Shown here: one piece after another, positions 13,335 to 26,900 of the stretch
How the letters are laid out: the number at the start of each line of letters is the position of its first letter
How positions within the stretch are numbered: position 1 is the stretch's first letter
Assembly (NCBI GenBank): GCA_045837725.1
Contig: JBEWZL010000084.1
Coordinates: forward strand, 124,001-188,000
DNA length: 64,000 nt
Source of the DNA: Vermamoeba vermiformis
Taxonomy: Eukaryota
Direction of reading: 5' to 3'
Program-made: the position numbers and the translations under genes
The notes under the pieces: model-generated
Told to the model about the DNA's origin: nothing
What the model saw: the letters and a program-made list of their open reading frames with translations, nothing else
Databases searched by the model: none

Positions 13335-16300
13335 TCAATCCAACAACGAGTCAATATCAGCACGCAAGTTCTTAGTCGTAGTGTTCAAAAGTGCTGGATT
13401 AGGCTTGTTTTTCACCATCGGCGTCTGTTCAACTGGACCTCGGTAAGAAATTGACGGACGAGTTACACCAGGCTTAGTAGCAACTACGGCAGGTTTCTTA
13501 ACGACGCTAGGCTTGGCAACAGCACTCGTGCTCGATGTAGCATTAGGCTTCTTATTGCCAAGATTTTCTTTCTTAGTGTCAGGCGAGTCTCGTTCAAGCA
13601 CGCGATCGATTTCAAATCTGAGCTCCTTTGACACGACTGACGGACGAGCAGCAGAGACTGACGGCTTAGTGCTCACTGCAGGCTTAGTACCTGGCTTAGT
13701 TGCAGCTGTTGTTGTGGCTGTAGTGGGCTTAGCTGTAGCTAAAGATGGTCGTGACGAAGCAATCGAAGGGCGCGTGGCAGGTGTGATTGAAGGACGCGAT
13801 GACACTGTTGAAGTTTTGGCTGGAGCTGCAGTGCCAGAAGCAACAGACAATCTAGGAGTAGGCTTAGATACTGCTGTTGTCGAAGAAGCTATTGACGGGC
13901 GAGGAGCAGCGGTGGAAGTTGAAGGGCGTGACACGACTGTAGTAGGCTTTTTAATGCCAGAAGGGGCGGCAGAAGCGATGGAAGGACGAGGAGCAGGGAC
14001 CACGGATGGTCTGTTGCTAGTCACAGGCTTAGTAGCAACGCCAGTGCGAGCTGAAGTGGTTGTCGTGCCAGTCGATGTACGTTGAACTTTGCCGGCAGTG
14101 GTGGCCTTGGCTGCAGCGGGTTGAGCAGCAGGTTTGGGAACAGGCTTGGCCTCGCTGGGCGATTGAACAGGCGTGTTAGCAGCACTATCGTCGTTCTCTT
14201 TGTCGCTCTCCTCGACAGCCTTGACAGGTGTCACTTGAGCAGACTTCTCTTCTTCAGCCTCGTCATCAGATTCGATGGCACGCTTCTTCTTGGCAGCAGG
14301 AGCCTTCTTAGCAGGAGCTTTCTTCTTGATGGGTGAGTCCTCGACTTCAGAGTCCTCATCAATCTCGCTAATGTCACTGATATCATCGTCCTCTTCGAAC
14401 TCGTCATCAGCTTCATCTTCATCCTCGCTCAGAGACAAGCTCAAGTCCTCGTCCTCTTCAGAGTCTGAAACAATAGCACGGCTCTTTTTGGCAGTGGCGG
14501 GCTTTGCTGCTGCTGCTGCAGGCTTACGACGAAGAGGTGATTTCTTAGGCGTTGGCTCCTCCTCAATCTCGCTGATCTCGTCATCCTCATCATCAGAATC
14601 TTCGATGATACGCTTGCTGGTCTTAGCCTTAGACTTGGGTGTGTTGATCTTGATCTGTTCGGCCTCGCGTCTGTCGTTCTTTTCTTCGTCATCAGACATC
14701 AAGAGCGAATCAGACTCGCCATCAGATTCAACGAGCTCTTCTTTCTTTTGCTGAGCGCTCTTGACTGAAGCGTTGCTCAAGCGTGGTTGAGCCTTGACAG
14801 GCTTTTGCTCGACCTTTTCTTCTTCGTCATCGCTAAGTTCCAAGTCGCTGTCACTCTCCTCGCTGATAATTTTCCGGGTACGAGGAGGTGCATCTTCGTC
14901 CTTGATGGTCTTAGTGTTCTTAGGCTTGGGTTTGACTATCTCTTCATCGTCTTCGTCTTCGATATCGCTTTCATCGCTCTCTTCTACTGGGCTCTCATCA
15001 TCGCTCTCGAGCTCGATCGATTCATCTTCAACAGAGCTGACACTGAAGAGAAAAGACGTTAGAGCGATGTTGAATACATTAGATGATATCGTCTCTTACC
15101 TGGAGATTTCGCTATCAACCTCTTCGTCGCTCTCTTCTTTCTTCTTTTTGCCGCCTTTGGCGCTCTTAGCGGGTGCCTTTTTAGCTTTAGCAGCTTCTTT
15201 ACGAGCACGTGCCTCTTCAACCTCGACTCTTTCGAGCCATTGAGCCTTATCAGTGCTGTATTCCTCGACCTTCTCGCGAACTTCAGACTTGAGATCTTCG
15301 GAAGGAATTTCATTAGATCCGTCCAAGCTCTTGAGAACATCTTCGAAGGTAGAGACAGCCTTGATAACGACCTTGTCCTTAATCTCAGCGATATCCTAAT
15401 TATTTTAACATTAGTTTTGATAAGGGGAGTAAATCCAATGAAGTGAACGTACCGAAGAAGCCACATCTGCCAAAGCACGAAGTCTGTGGATCAGCTCTTG
15501 GTCGGACTTATCCAACGAAAGAGTAGCTAGGATCTTAGCCAAGAATTTAGCTTCTTTACCAGTAGGATTGGTCATGAACTCCATTAAGAGTTGCTCGGCC
15601 AAGTAATTATGAGCAGTGGTGTATTTTCGCTCAGCTTCGGGTTCTTCGGCAGCATTAGGCTTAGTAGGCTTCTTAACAATGTTATTATGGTCGGTCAAGT
15701 GCACGAGGAACTGCAGAAGAGTTTGCAATTGGACTTTAGCCAATGGTGAGTTCTTCGGAGCATAAGCAACGTCTCTGAAGATATCAATAGCGACATTAGC
15801 CACTAAGAACTGGTTCTTCTCGCTGCCAAAAGCGAAAGTAGGGAAGAAGACGCTCAAGCATTGCTGGAGAATAGATCCGCTGCTTGAATCGCCGTGAACG
15901 AAGAACGCTAATACCAATTCCTTCATTACCTAATAATAAGGTTATTATCGTATATCTTAAAACCAAGCGCTGATCTTTATAGTTTCGAATTGAATCCGGA
16001 TGTGGTACTTACCAATTTAGAAGAAGCGCCCTTAGTAATGAAAATACGAGACAAGCCCTGAGCAGCAATGTCTCTCAAAGAGCTCTCTTCGGAGCGTAAG
16101 TACTTGGCCAAATAGACGGTCGGATCAGCGCCCAGCGCTTCAGTGTAATCTTCAACCTTGTCTTCGACTTCGACTTTGAATGTGCCTCCAAAGACCAATA
16201 TGATGTCGCATAAGGTCTTGAGAGCAGCGCAACGAACGGAGATATCGTCGTTGTCCAAGGCATGACGAAGTAATAAAACGTGCTTGAACGCAACAGTCTG

Positions 16301-18448
16301 GAGTGAATTAAAAATTAATAACCAGTCGATTATATGTTAATATATCCATCTTAAGGCTCGTTACATTGATTAATTTGCAAGATAGGCTTGGATCTTACCT
16401 TGTCCAACAAGCAGTACACGCCCAAACAACCCATGGCAGCTTCTCGAACTTCAGGGTTCTCGTGTTGAATACCACCGGCAAATACGGCCTCCTTAAGCTC
16501 GGCAATACCACCATCCTTCAAAGACTAATAAAACAAGTTAGTTCGAACTTCACTATCAGATGCGATTGTACATAAATAAGATAGAGCCGCTAATTACCTT
16601 AGTGGTGTATCTGAGTAAGTTTTGAGTAAGAGTCAAGCATCTAAGCCAAGCCCACTCTTCAACATCGAGTCTCATGTTTTCTCTTTCCTCGATCTCCTTC
16701 AACTCGGCTTCTTTAGCAGCAAGTTCGGCAGTCAAAGCTTCAATGACCTCCTTTTGTTTAGCTTTCTTTAAGAGTTGCTTTCTCTTGGCGATTTCAGCGT
16801 CTAATTCTTCCATGTACTCGTCGAGCTCCTTCAAAGCTTGTTGAGTCTCCGGATCTTCCAACGACTCTAGAGGCTCGCGCACTTCAGAAATAGACTCGAG
16901 AATAATACGGTTATAATCATCCTCGACAGGGTGAATCTCGCGCAAGACGAGCATCATCTTCTCAATCAATGAATTCTCAACGGATCTCGACAAAAGAAGG
17001 TGTCCTGCAGAGCAAATCAATTAGATACGGGCAACAATAAAATTTAGCAGGTTGCTTACGCAGCAAGCTAGACAAAGCTTTGCGACCGGCTTCATTTTGC
17101 AAGTTCAGGTACGACGAGATCTGCAACAACTGCTTCAAAACGAAGTTGTCGTCTCTGTGGTTAGCCAACAACTCGCAATATTGCATCAACTCGGGCACGG
17201 TGTCTTCAAGCAAATCATCGTTCTAGGACCCAAGGTTAATAACACGACCCCATCGCAAGCTCAACTAAACCTTACCTTGTCTTGCTTGAGGTTCTCGCAG
17301 TACATGCGGAACAACACTGCTAACTCGGGTGAGATGCGCTCAACGTCGAGTGACAAGTGTTCCTTGTCGATTTTGACACGCGGTAAGAGTTGCTTGAGCA
17401 ATAATACGGCATTATCTTCGTACGTTTCGACATCGTAGCACTTCAAGAACTATTACGAGACAATTAGTATAAACGAAAGTAGTACGGTTCCAAGATCTAA
17501 CTTACCTCGATTACGTTGCCACGGCTTTGCAACCACTCCTCCAAAGTCTTCAAGCAAGCCTCTCGTACAGAACTGTCTCTATCATTCAATCCGTTCTTGA
17601 CCATAGTGTTGCGCTGGGCGATGCTCAAGTTCTTGATCTCCAGCCTGGAGAGAGTTGCGAAGGCGTGCTTGCGAACCTCGGGCAAGACGTCACGAGTGCG
17701 CTTGAGAATATCAGGAAGAGTGATCTTTGAGATACCAATATTCGACAACACAGCCTTTCGAACATCCCTGAATGATTCGGATCAGATTTTCGAGCTAAGT
17801 TAAATCGATTCTCTGCTACGTACTTATTGGTGTCGGTGTTCATGAGCTTCAAATACTGGACGAGGATAGGATCTGAAGGGTCTGTAGTCTCTTGTAGGCG
17901 TTGGAGCGCGGCGATCGCTTGAACTCGAACAGCTGGGATCTTGTCCATCGTTCGCTCCAACATAACCTTGCTAAGCTTATCCCAAATATCATCACTAATA
18001 TTATGTAAAAATTAGAATGATATTATTTCGTTAAAAGCTTGATGACTTACTCGATCGGCTCCGTGTCTTCGGGAAGGTTGCTCAAAATACCAGCAATAAT
18101 TTGGCACGAGCGGAATCTGATTGCTTTTGCTATCTCTGCTTGCTTGGCAGGCTTGCCCATATCACAGAGGTCCAACAGGAATTTTACTAAATAAATTGCA
18201 AATGATTCCTCTTTGATCTTGATCTCTGTTTTGCACGCGAATGTAACAACAAGCTGGACGGCACGTTCAATATGTGCATCTCTTTTGAATATCAGCAATA
18301 ATCTCTTCACCATATTGATAAAATTGGTCGCGAAGGTCGCTGGATTCTTCGTGTAATGTTTCTCCAGAGCTTGGACGCATCGCTGATGCGCAGCCAAGGT
18401 CTTTTGAGCTTGGTTAAAAATATTGCCAAGTTCTTGTTCCTTGGACAT
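13335..18448 (-). CDS. NCAPG: Condensin I HEAT subunit CAP-G (Ycg1/Cnd3) with long acidic and basic C-terminal tail
   Basis: IFNQAQKTLAAH, AIRFRSCQII, DKIPAVRVQAIAALQRLQ, RTRDVLPEVR, EAGRKAL, LQQCLSVFFPTFA. Confidence 0.9.
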
Positions 18449-18487
18449 TGTGCTTGTCTCCACCGCTACGAAGTTAAAAGACTTCAA

Positions 18488-18559
18488 TTTCGCGCGAGCA
18501 TGTCGTGTAACGGTCACTTGAAAAATTCAAAATTTGTTCGGCGCCAATTTTGAGCGGGA
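18488..18559 (-). promoter_or_regulatory. Candidate cell-cycle promoter elements upstream of NCAPG
   Basis: TTTCGCGCG (E2F/SCB-like) 18488, AACGG (Myb/MSA) 18509, TTTGAA on minus strand (CHR) 18526-18531, GGCGCCAA 18540 and GCGGGA 18554 in a 117 bp intergenic gap. Confidence 0.35.
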
Positions 18560-18565
18560 GAGCAT

Positions 18566-20923
18566 TTATTGCTTTTTGACGAGCTCAAAATCACCAATAT
18601 GCACTGCGTCGAACACTTTACCACGATAGTAGTCGTCGTCCAAGGAGTCCTCATTCCAAAAGTACTTGTCGAGCGTATCTAAGTCGATCTCGTCGTAGAT
18701 TCTGTTTTCACATACTGACTGCACTCTATTGACGGTAATTACGGACAACACCTGTGCCGAGTTAGAGAAATTATTTCCTGAATTATGGTGCTACATACTG
18801 GTTTTCTAACGCACAGGCAAAAATTCAGATGGCTAAGCGGATGAATATTGTTTGCAAATAGTCTGGCGCCACTGACCTCCAATTTGTTTGGGTGACTAAT
18901 GCACTCGATACCCATTGATTTTTCAATGAGCTCAATGGTCTCAATAGCTTCAGTCTGGTAGAATTGATTAGCTCGATCGCGTGCCTTGCAAGAAGATTTA
19001 CCTTTCTCATCAGTGTAGCGCACAGCTCGAAGGGATAGTTCCAGTCATTGGTACCCTCGGTTCTATCATACTTGAGGATCGTGTTGCCGTCGCTAGATTC
19101 AGCAACAGGCGAGCCAGAAGGAACCTTCGAGTGCGAATCTGCAGGATGGCAGTAAGTCACGTTCGGAGACAGTCTGAAATGGCTGCATAGAATATCAGGG
19201 TGTTCGTTCATATATTCCACATGCGCCTTAAAGTCCACGGGGTTGTAGTAATAGACGTCGTCCACTCCCCACAGGATGTAGTCGTCGGATTTGTTCAGCA
19301 GTTCTTTGAGCTGTGCCGCAAAGTTATGTTCGCGGACAAACTTGACTTGGGGGAACATCTCAGCTAGCTTCTCGTAAGACTTGGTGTAGGGTGGTGTCGT
19401 TAAGTAGAGCACGTAGACAGTCATTTCAATGTTCTTCAGCGCGTACTGCAACAACGTTCGCAAATATTCCTTCAATTGAAAGGCTCTGAAAGGGCGATAT
19501 TAGGCGATACTGAGAGGTATATTATCGATGTTTTAGGTCCGTACCTGTCTTTAGAAAAGCAAATTACTGACAGTCGTGACGTGTTCAGTTTGCTCTTGGG
19601 CTTTTGTTCGCTATTTACAGCCGCCTTATTCGTGGCTAAAGAAGTCATGCCCATGAGCAATGAGAGCTGTTGCGAAGGATTACGCGAGAGCCACTTGCGC
19701 CAGATGGTTGATTCGGATGGATTAGGGAAGTACTTGAGCGACAGTGACGCGAGCTCTCCCATTCTTTTCGTAGCCTCGGCACTGATTTCGGACTTTTCCT
19801 CCGTACTTAGATGGCCCAGCGAAAGAAATTTCTTCTCGAGCTTTTCAATGGCATCGCATGCACGATCGAATTTCTCCCCTGAATCAAGTAGCTTGACGTT
19901 GTAAAGTGCCTCGACAGTGCTCTTGTCAATATCAGCACCGATGAATGACTGCCAGTAATGATGCAGCAAGGTCAATGTGCCTTCGTGTTGAACGGATCTA
20001 AATTTCTTGGACAAGTTGTTGTCGTGTTTTCGAAGTCGAAGGACGTGAGGCTTAGGTAAATTCGAGATCTTGAACTTGTTGGATTGTGTAATGATTCTAA
20101 GCCACAAATCATAATCTTCATTGTGCATGTATGTCGAAGAGTAGCTGAGTTCTTGTAAGACTTCTTTGCGGCAGATAATAGACGGATGTACAATGCAGCA
20201 GTTAAAGAACATTGACCAGTGGACTGTGCCAACGCTAGTAGGATGTTCTACAAGCTGTCGAGTAACAATATTTAGCATTATTAGTATCGAAGTATAACGG
20301 AGAAACGTGCTTACTTTCTTTTTCGTGTCATCACCATGCAGGAACATTTCAACGGCGCCACCAAGCACTGAAATATCGGGATGTGCTTCCAACATTTTAA
20401 CTTGCCGTCTATAATACGAAATGAATAAGGATCACCGCGGAAGGTCTTTGTGAACTTACTCTAGTCGATCGGGACTGGAGATATCATCTGAATCCATTCT
20501 TGCGATATATTTGCCTTGTGCAGCAGTTAAGCCATCTAATAAAGCAGCCACAATACCATTATTTGAAGGTTTGGCAATAATTTTGATTCTGTCAAAAGGT
20601 TAACGTCATTAAAGCCTTCGAGGAATCAAAAATCAATAAAAAATTAAGAAAAAATATCCAACGAGTCAAAATAGGCACTTCATTGTCGTGTGATCAGGAT
20701 CTTACCTCTGGTCAGTTTTAAAATTTGCCAGGACATTTTTTGTTGCCTCGTCAGATCCGTCATCTACAATTATCAGCTCAAAGCTCTTAAAAGTTTGATT
20801 GAGGATGCTGTCTACAGCCTCTTTGACAAACTTATTATCATTATATACAGGAAGAATAACGCTGACGAGTGGTGTTTCCATTTTGGTGGATCTCAAAACT
20901 TTTTTGACCGCTGACGTGTTCAT
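18566..20923 (-). CDS. pgtA: Bifunctional Skp1 glycosyltransferase PgtA/FT85 (GT2 beta-1,3-galactosyltransferase + GT74 alpha-1,2-fucosyltransferase); start at 20923 or 20881
   Basis: GT2 VSVILP..ELIIVDDGS, IARMDSDD, plus motifs recalled from Dictyostelium PgtA: WSMFFNCCIVHPS, MGELASL, WLSRNP, ICFSKDRAFQLKEYLRT, DWNYP, HPNKLE, NRVQ, VHIG. Confidence 0.9.
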
Positions 20924-21009
20924 TATTAATCGGCCCGCCAAAACAAACAACACCCATGCACCGTTATTAATATATAGTAGTATACAAATACACATTAAAT
21001 ATAATAGCG

Positions 21010-23722
21010 ATGAGTAAGCGAAGGGCGTCAGAGTTAAGCAAAGTCAGCACGGAAAAAACTGCTGATCGAAAGCGAGTAAGTGTCCAAGCAATTTATTATA
21101 AATGTTGTTCGTGTAAATCATGAAATTAGAGGTCTGGTGAGGCTTAATACGGCCGGCAAATATTTATTACGATTTTTGTATTTATTTTTTAAATTACGCA
21201 ATTTCCCTTATTTTCATAATACGCATAGAACTTCAATCCTTTACATTCCTAAAACAAATATTAAGCATAGCGGAATGACGTTTGATTAATATTTTTTGTC
21301 CGGCAGAAAGCGCAAGATATCTCATCTGAGGAGAAAACACCCAAAAAGAGCCGTACTTCATTAGCTGAAACGCCTAGAACGAGGATTTATCGAAGCAGAA
21401 GCGTTAAAGACACTGCTAAGACTCCCGAAAAAGACAAGGGAAGTAAATCCGTCGCGAAGACACCCAAGTCAGGCGAGAAGCGAAAACGGACTACCGAGGC
21501 TGAGAATGTGTTCCAAGCAGCTCATTTCGACAGCGAGAGCGAAGTTAGCTTGGCTGAGGAGTCAGATGACGAGGAAGAATTGAGACGAAAGAAAAAGATC
21601 CGAAAAGTACGTAATTTTTTTTAATTTTAACCCAATGAATAGTATCTCCTTATTCCGGTAGCTCATAAAAAAATAGAAAGAAGTTTCTAATTCTCACGGG
21701 AAGATCTACACTTCATGTTCGACAGATCTCTAATTAGCTATTTTACTTTCTAGGTCGAAAAAGAGCAAGATGTTGCTGTTAATCCCGACAAAGAAGAGCC
21801 TATAAGACCAACTAGTGCGAAGAAAACGGGTACCAAGCTGTTCATAGATCCATCACTCTTGGCACCGAAAGACAAGCCTGAAATTAAGAGCAATGACAAT
21901 AGCAGCGCTGTTAGTCCGTTCAAAAATATCGTGCCCGAGGCGAAGAGTCCGGAAGATATTAGAAAGGCTTTGTCGGAGGTCAAAGCTAAAAGAAAAAGTC
22001 TCGGCAAGAGCGAATCTGATCCACATACGAAAACCCCTAAAACTCCGACTGAACGAGAGCCTTTCAGATATATCCCCGAAACGCACTCAAATCATTCCGA
22101 TCCTATGCAAGTCGAAGAAGACAAAGAAGATAATAGTGCACATAGCGGATTCAACGTTGAAACTTCACCCTTCTCTTTTATCCCTACACCAGCTGTCGTC
22201 TTAAAGCGAAGCGGCGAGGACACGATGAATAACAATAATAACACTCTAGTAGAGCGTAGTGAGGTAGTTAACAACACCAATAGAAATCGTCCTCAGCCTG
22301 CAGATCACGTGGACTTCTTCAATAATTACACGACGGCAGATCTGCCGCCCAAATCACCGAAAAATCCGTTCAGAGAATTAGCGGAGATGGAAGCACGTGC
22401 TGGATCGCATACTCCTATTTTTGGAACTGACCAAGATGAGCTCTCGGGGTCCGACAGATCCTCTTTCACGACACAAGCTCCCGCCATCACAACGTCGACC
22501 AATCCGTTTGTACCACGTTTTCAACAGCCAGTGCCGGTCGTTAAACCGATCAACCAATCACAGCCCGCCAAGGTCTTGTGGAACAGTGGCAACACCGCTG
22601 AAACACGAGTAGTTGAGATGCCTTTCGGTCAAAAGCCACTAGTCCCTGCACGCCCTACAATCCAACATAGAAGAATATCGATCATGCCTAGCGCTGATAA
22701 TGTTGTTTCAACGGACTTTGGTATCGAACAAGTGGATCCTACCGAGGAAGATCAGACCGTGAAGATCCACTTGCCAAAGAAACAGCCGCACAATTTCAAA
22801 GCTCTTAAGACTATCTTGGGATTCTTATTATTGGGCTTGGCTGTTGGTGCATTGGCCTATTACATCATTAATTTTGTTGAGGTAAGCCACCAGCTTCGGT
22901 CAACGTTTGGTCAAACCTAATGTAACGCTCGGTCATTTACTTACCAACTCTATTCGTAGGTGAAACAAAATGAAGCAATTTTATCGCGCATGGAAAAGAT
23001 TTTGAAGACACAACACGGGCTCGCTGATTGTGGCGACGCATTTTCATCAATTTTATCAGGAGCGGACATTCTGAAAAAGTATAACGAGATCTACGGTCCT
23101 ATTGACGACGTGAGTAATATAAGACATTTAATTTATACTTGAAGTTGTCGTTTCTAATTCTATTCTTCTAGACTAAAGCAGACGGATATTTGGGACAACT
23201 AGCAGAGTTTACAGAGATCCAAGTGATTCAGCCAGCTAATATCGGCGGAGAAGATGACGTATTGAGCCACCGTCTGTTGCGATTTGAACACGAGCAATCG
23301 TTAAGGCCTTGGGACTGCATTGTAAGTCATTAGTATACATCGATTTAAGGACTAAATGTACCGTTTATTAGATGCGCGAATTTGTTACTGAATATAGAAC
23401 GCCTATTAGTTTGATCGGAGTGGCTATTATCGCTACTTTCAGCGTACTTTTGACGATTAAAAGAAGAAGAGTGGCTAATATGCACGTTCAAGGCTTAGTC
23501 TCGCGCATTCAAGCCGAATTAATTTCGAAGAAAAACAGCAGCAATCCGTACATTGCCAAAGAGCACTTGCGCGAACGATTGGTCAATACGAAGATTAATA
23601 AGGACAGCGCTAGTCATTGGAACAAAGCCGAGAAGATTATTGAAGATGATTCGCGTGTATTAGTAACGCCGCAGCTGATTCATGGACAACAAATGGATTG
23701 CTGGCGGTGGGTTGCTAGTTAA
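21010..23722 (+). CDS. src1: Src1/Heh1/MAN1-family inner nuclear membrane protein
   Basis: Long S/TP-rich nucleoplasmic region with NLS, two TM helices flanking a Cys-containing lumenal loop, C-terminal MSC winged helix (YIAKEHLRERL..WNKAEKIIEDDSRV..HGQQMDCWRW). Confidence 0.8.
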
Positions 23723-23907
23723 GTGTAAAAATAGTTCACAAAATTCAAAATAAAAACGCGGTCTTTTTTCTGAAGTTCATCGTGCGTTAACAATGAAAAT
23801 CTTACACGACCTTTTAGAATACCAAAGCACAGGTTACAGACACGCCTGAACAGCTCTGGCATTTTGAACGGTCTGGATTTGGATTGATTTTCAATCCTTT
23901 ACGAAAA

Positions 23908-26900
23908 ATGGAGCTAATTACATCACCGAGAAAGAGAAAAATTGACAACATTTTAGCCATGGATGATATTTACCAGCCAAATAAGAAAATCAAAATTGAG
24001 TTGGATACCGGATGCCAAATCAACGAGCAATTACCAAAAGAATTAATGGTAGAAATATTCTCAGAATTAAGCACAAAAGATCGCATCAATAGCTCTGAGA
24101 CGTGTAAATATTGGCTTGCCTGCGAATCTGTCACTTTCAAAGGCTGGATTTCGATTGGTGCCGACAAAATAATGTTACCAGAGGAAAATTTTGAAGGTCG
24201 AGGTACATATAAATACATAAATGATTTTAATATTAATTCTAAACTGATTGCAATAGACAAAGACAAGTGGGATGAATTATACGCCTTGAAAGCAGAGTTT
24301 AAATGCGACGCTGTCGTTACGGATAAGGGAAAGGGAGTCAAATCGTGCCAGGTGCGTATCTAATCCCAAGCGCCATTTATATCTAATTTTTTTTCAGATC
24401 TTGATCTCATCCGCATTAGATCCGACGCTAAAGATCTCAGACACATACAAGCTGACCAAAGAAGGAAATATGGTGCATAAAAATGTGATGCGCGCATATT
24501 ATACGGGCAAGATTTTGCCAATCATTATGAACAGCACGAACACTTTAAGTAGTGGCATCGAAACCAAGCAATGGAGAATTAAATTTACTGCAATGCCGAA
24601 ACACGAAGGTATAGTCGAAGGAGACAAGGCATTCTTAATGGAGTATTATTACAACATATTTGAGTAAGTATTTTCCGTTTTTCATCGATGTGTTGACGCT
24701 TGAGTTAATTGCAATTAAAATTCAATTGGTAAATCGTATTCGCGGGGCTATATCAAATCAATTGGCACTTTTTGGATTAATATCTCGTGTCAACTGGACT
24801 TAAAGTATTAACCCTTCAACTTAACAGACTCGAGAACGCCGTCAGAGAAGGAAATCTCGAATGGGAGTCCATTCTCATCAATAGGTTGGTTGAAAAAGAA
24901 GTCGAGCTTTATATGGATGAAGAGGAACTGAAAGAAAAATTCACATTGATCGAAGAGGCCATGATTATGAAGGTAACTGATGACTCGGTACGAAAGGAAT
25001 TGACGGAGTTTTGCAATAGGAGCCGAGAAGAATCGAGTCTCCGATTGGCCTGAAAAAAGAATTCAAATTCCACCAATACCAACTTGACGCAATTAGCTGG
25101 ATGAGCGACGCAGAAAAAAATGTGGATCGAGGTACGTTTTATTGCTTTACCACTCATCAGAATTATAACCCAACGATTACTAGAGTTCAAGTATTGTCCG
25201 TTGGTCCCATGGCGTCGAAGTCGTTCAAATGTGCTTGTAGATCTGCACGAGAAAAAGTTCGTAACACTGGACAAGAAGAATGAATATACTGGTAGCTTCA
25301 AATCTAAGGGTGCAGCGCTTGCTGACATATCAGGACTCGGAAAAACTCTAGAAAGTAAGATCCGACTACAATCCAACCACAAGTATTTAACTGTTAGTCA
25401 TCGGATTGGCGCTTCTCACGCTAAAGCAAGAATTCCCTGAATATGGAGACAATGGTTTATACAATACAAGGGCGACGTTAGGTAAATACTGGTACAAAAT
25501 TAAGTCGATCCGATCATAATGCTTGGTAGTGGTGTGCCCTGAAAAGGTGGTCCAACATTGGGTCGACGAAATTTCAGGCTTCACTGAACTGAAAGTCATT
25601 GCCATCCCGACTATAGAAATACTTAAATCGATAACATACAACGATATTGTAGCATCAGGTAATGCAGAGCATTCGAATACGCAAAGTATCTAAAGTTTTG
25701 CAGAGTTCGTCATCGTTTCGTCTTCAGTGCTTGCAGACACAAAGTATTTTGACCTGTGCTGTGGTAGAAAAAAACTAGCGAGAAATAAGACCGGCTTCAA
25801 AGCTCGAGCGAATCTCCTTCAAACTTCTCTGACTGTAAGTCGTTTGTTTGGCAAACCGAAAAATTTACGATTAACCCCCAATGCCCAGAAAATCAAAGCT
25901 GGCGATGGTTTGCAGGCAAAAGGACCGCTGTTAGAGCACTTCAATTTTGTGCGAGTAGTTGTTGATGAAGCACATCAAGTGTTAGCTAATTCTCCTGTGT
26001 GCAGTAAGAGTAACAACAGAATATCAATCAGGTCACTTATTATTCTATTTAGATTTGATATGTGGCATTACAAAAGAGTTTGGGTGGTATGTGAGTTCAG
26101 AGGCATTTCCAACAGAGTAAGTAGATACTATTCATTTCAATTTGCCTTACGTTAATTCATTAGGGAGGTGCTTGTAGCTGCCAAAAGGTTCTTCGAGATT
26201 CCAACTGACATTGTATCAAAGAGAGGCAGTGTTGGTGATAAGTATGAGAGGTATGGTTTTTTGTGACAGGTCAAAGTGTCATCCTGATTTTTTCATGCTC
26301 AACAGGCAACTCAAAGATGAACTTATTTACAAACATCTGATATGGCGCAATACACTTCAGTCCATTGTTAAGTCAGCCACAATTCCTGAGTACGAAGAAA
26401 TTATCAATCTAGTTGATTTTCATCCAATTGAAACGTTGCTTGACAAAGGTAACCTTGCCATGTGTTAATTTTTAACACTGATGTATTGGATGATAGATTG
26501 TAATGAGAAAATAGAACAGTACAACTTGTGGATGGGTAATCTACCTTTTGATACTCTGGATCAAAGTGTTCATGGATCAATCAAAATTTTGCAGGTCAGT
26601 GTGCAATATGTTCATAGTGAAGAATTGCAAGCTAATGCCTCCTTTAGCAAAAAAGCGCTGAAAGGCAGCAACAAATTGCAAACATCAAATACCCAAGAAA
26701 CAGATATGGTGATACACCTTATGGTGAACTAATGACTAAGCAGAATTGTGAGAAAGATATCAAACTACTTGAGGAAAAGATATCAGAATGGACTGCAGTT
26801 GACACAGTGCTTATGGAAAAACATGTTGATGATGATGAAGTGGCACATCTAACATTGGTGAATAATTATGGCAGCAAAATAGCAGCGATCATTGAGTGGG

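Noticed and set aside
13513-15243. + strand ORFs of 84-190 aa
   Set aside because: Antisense to the low-complexity NCAPG tail
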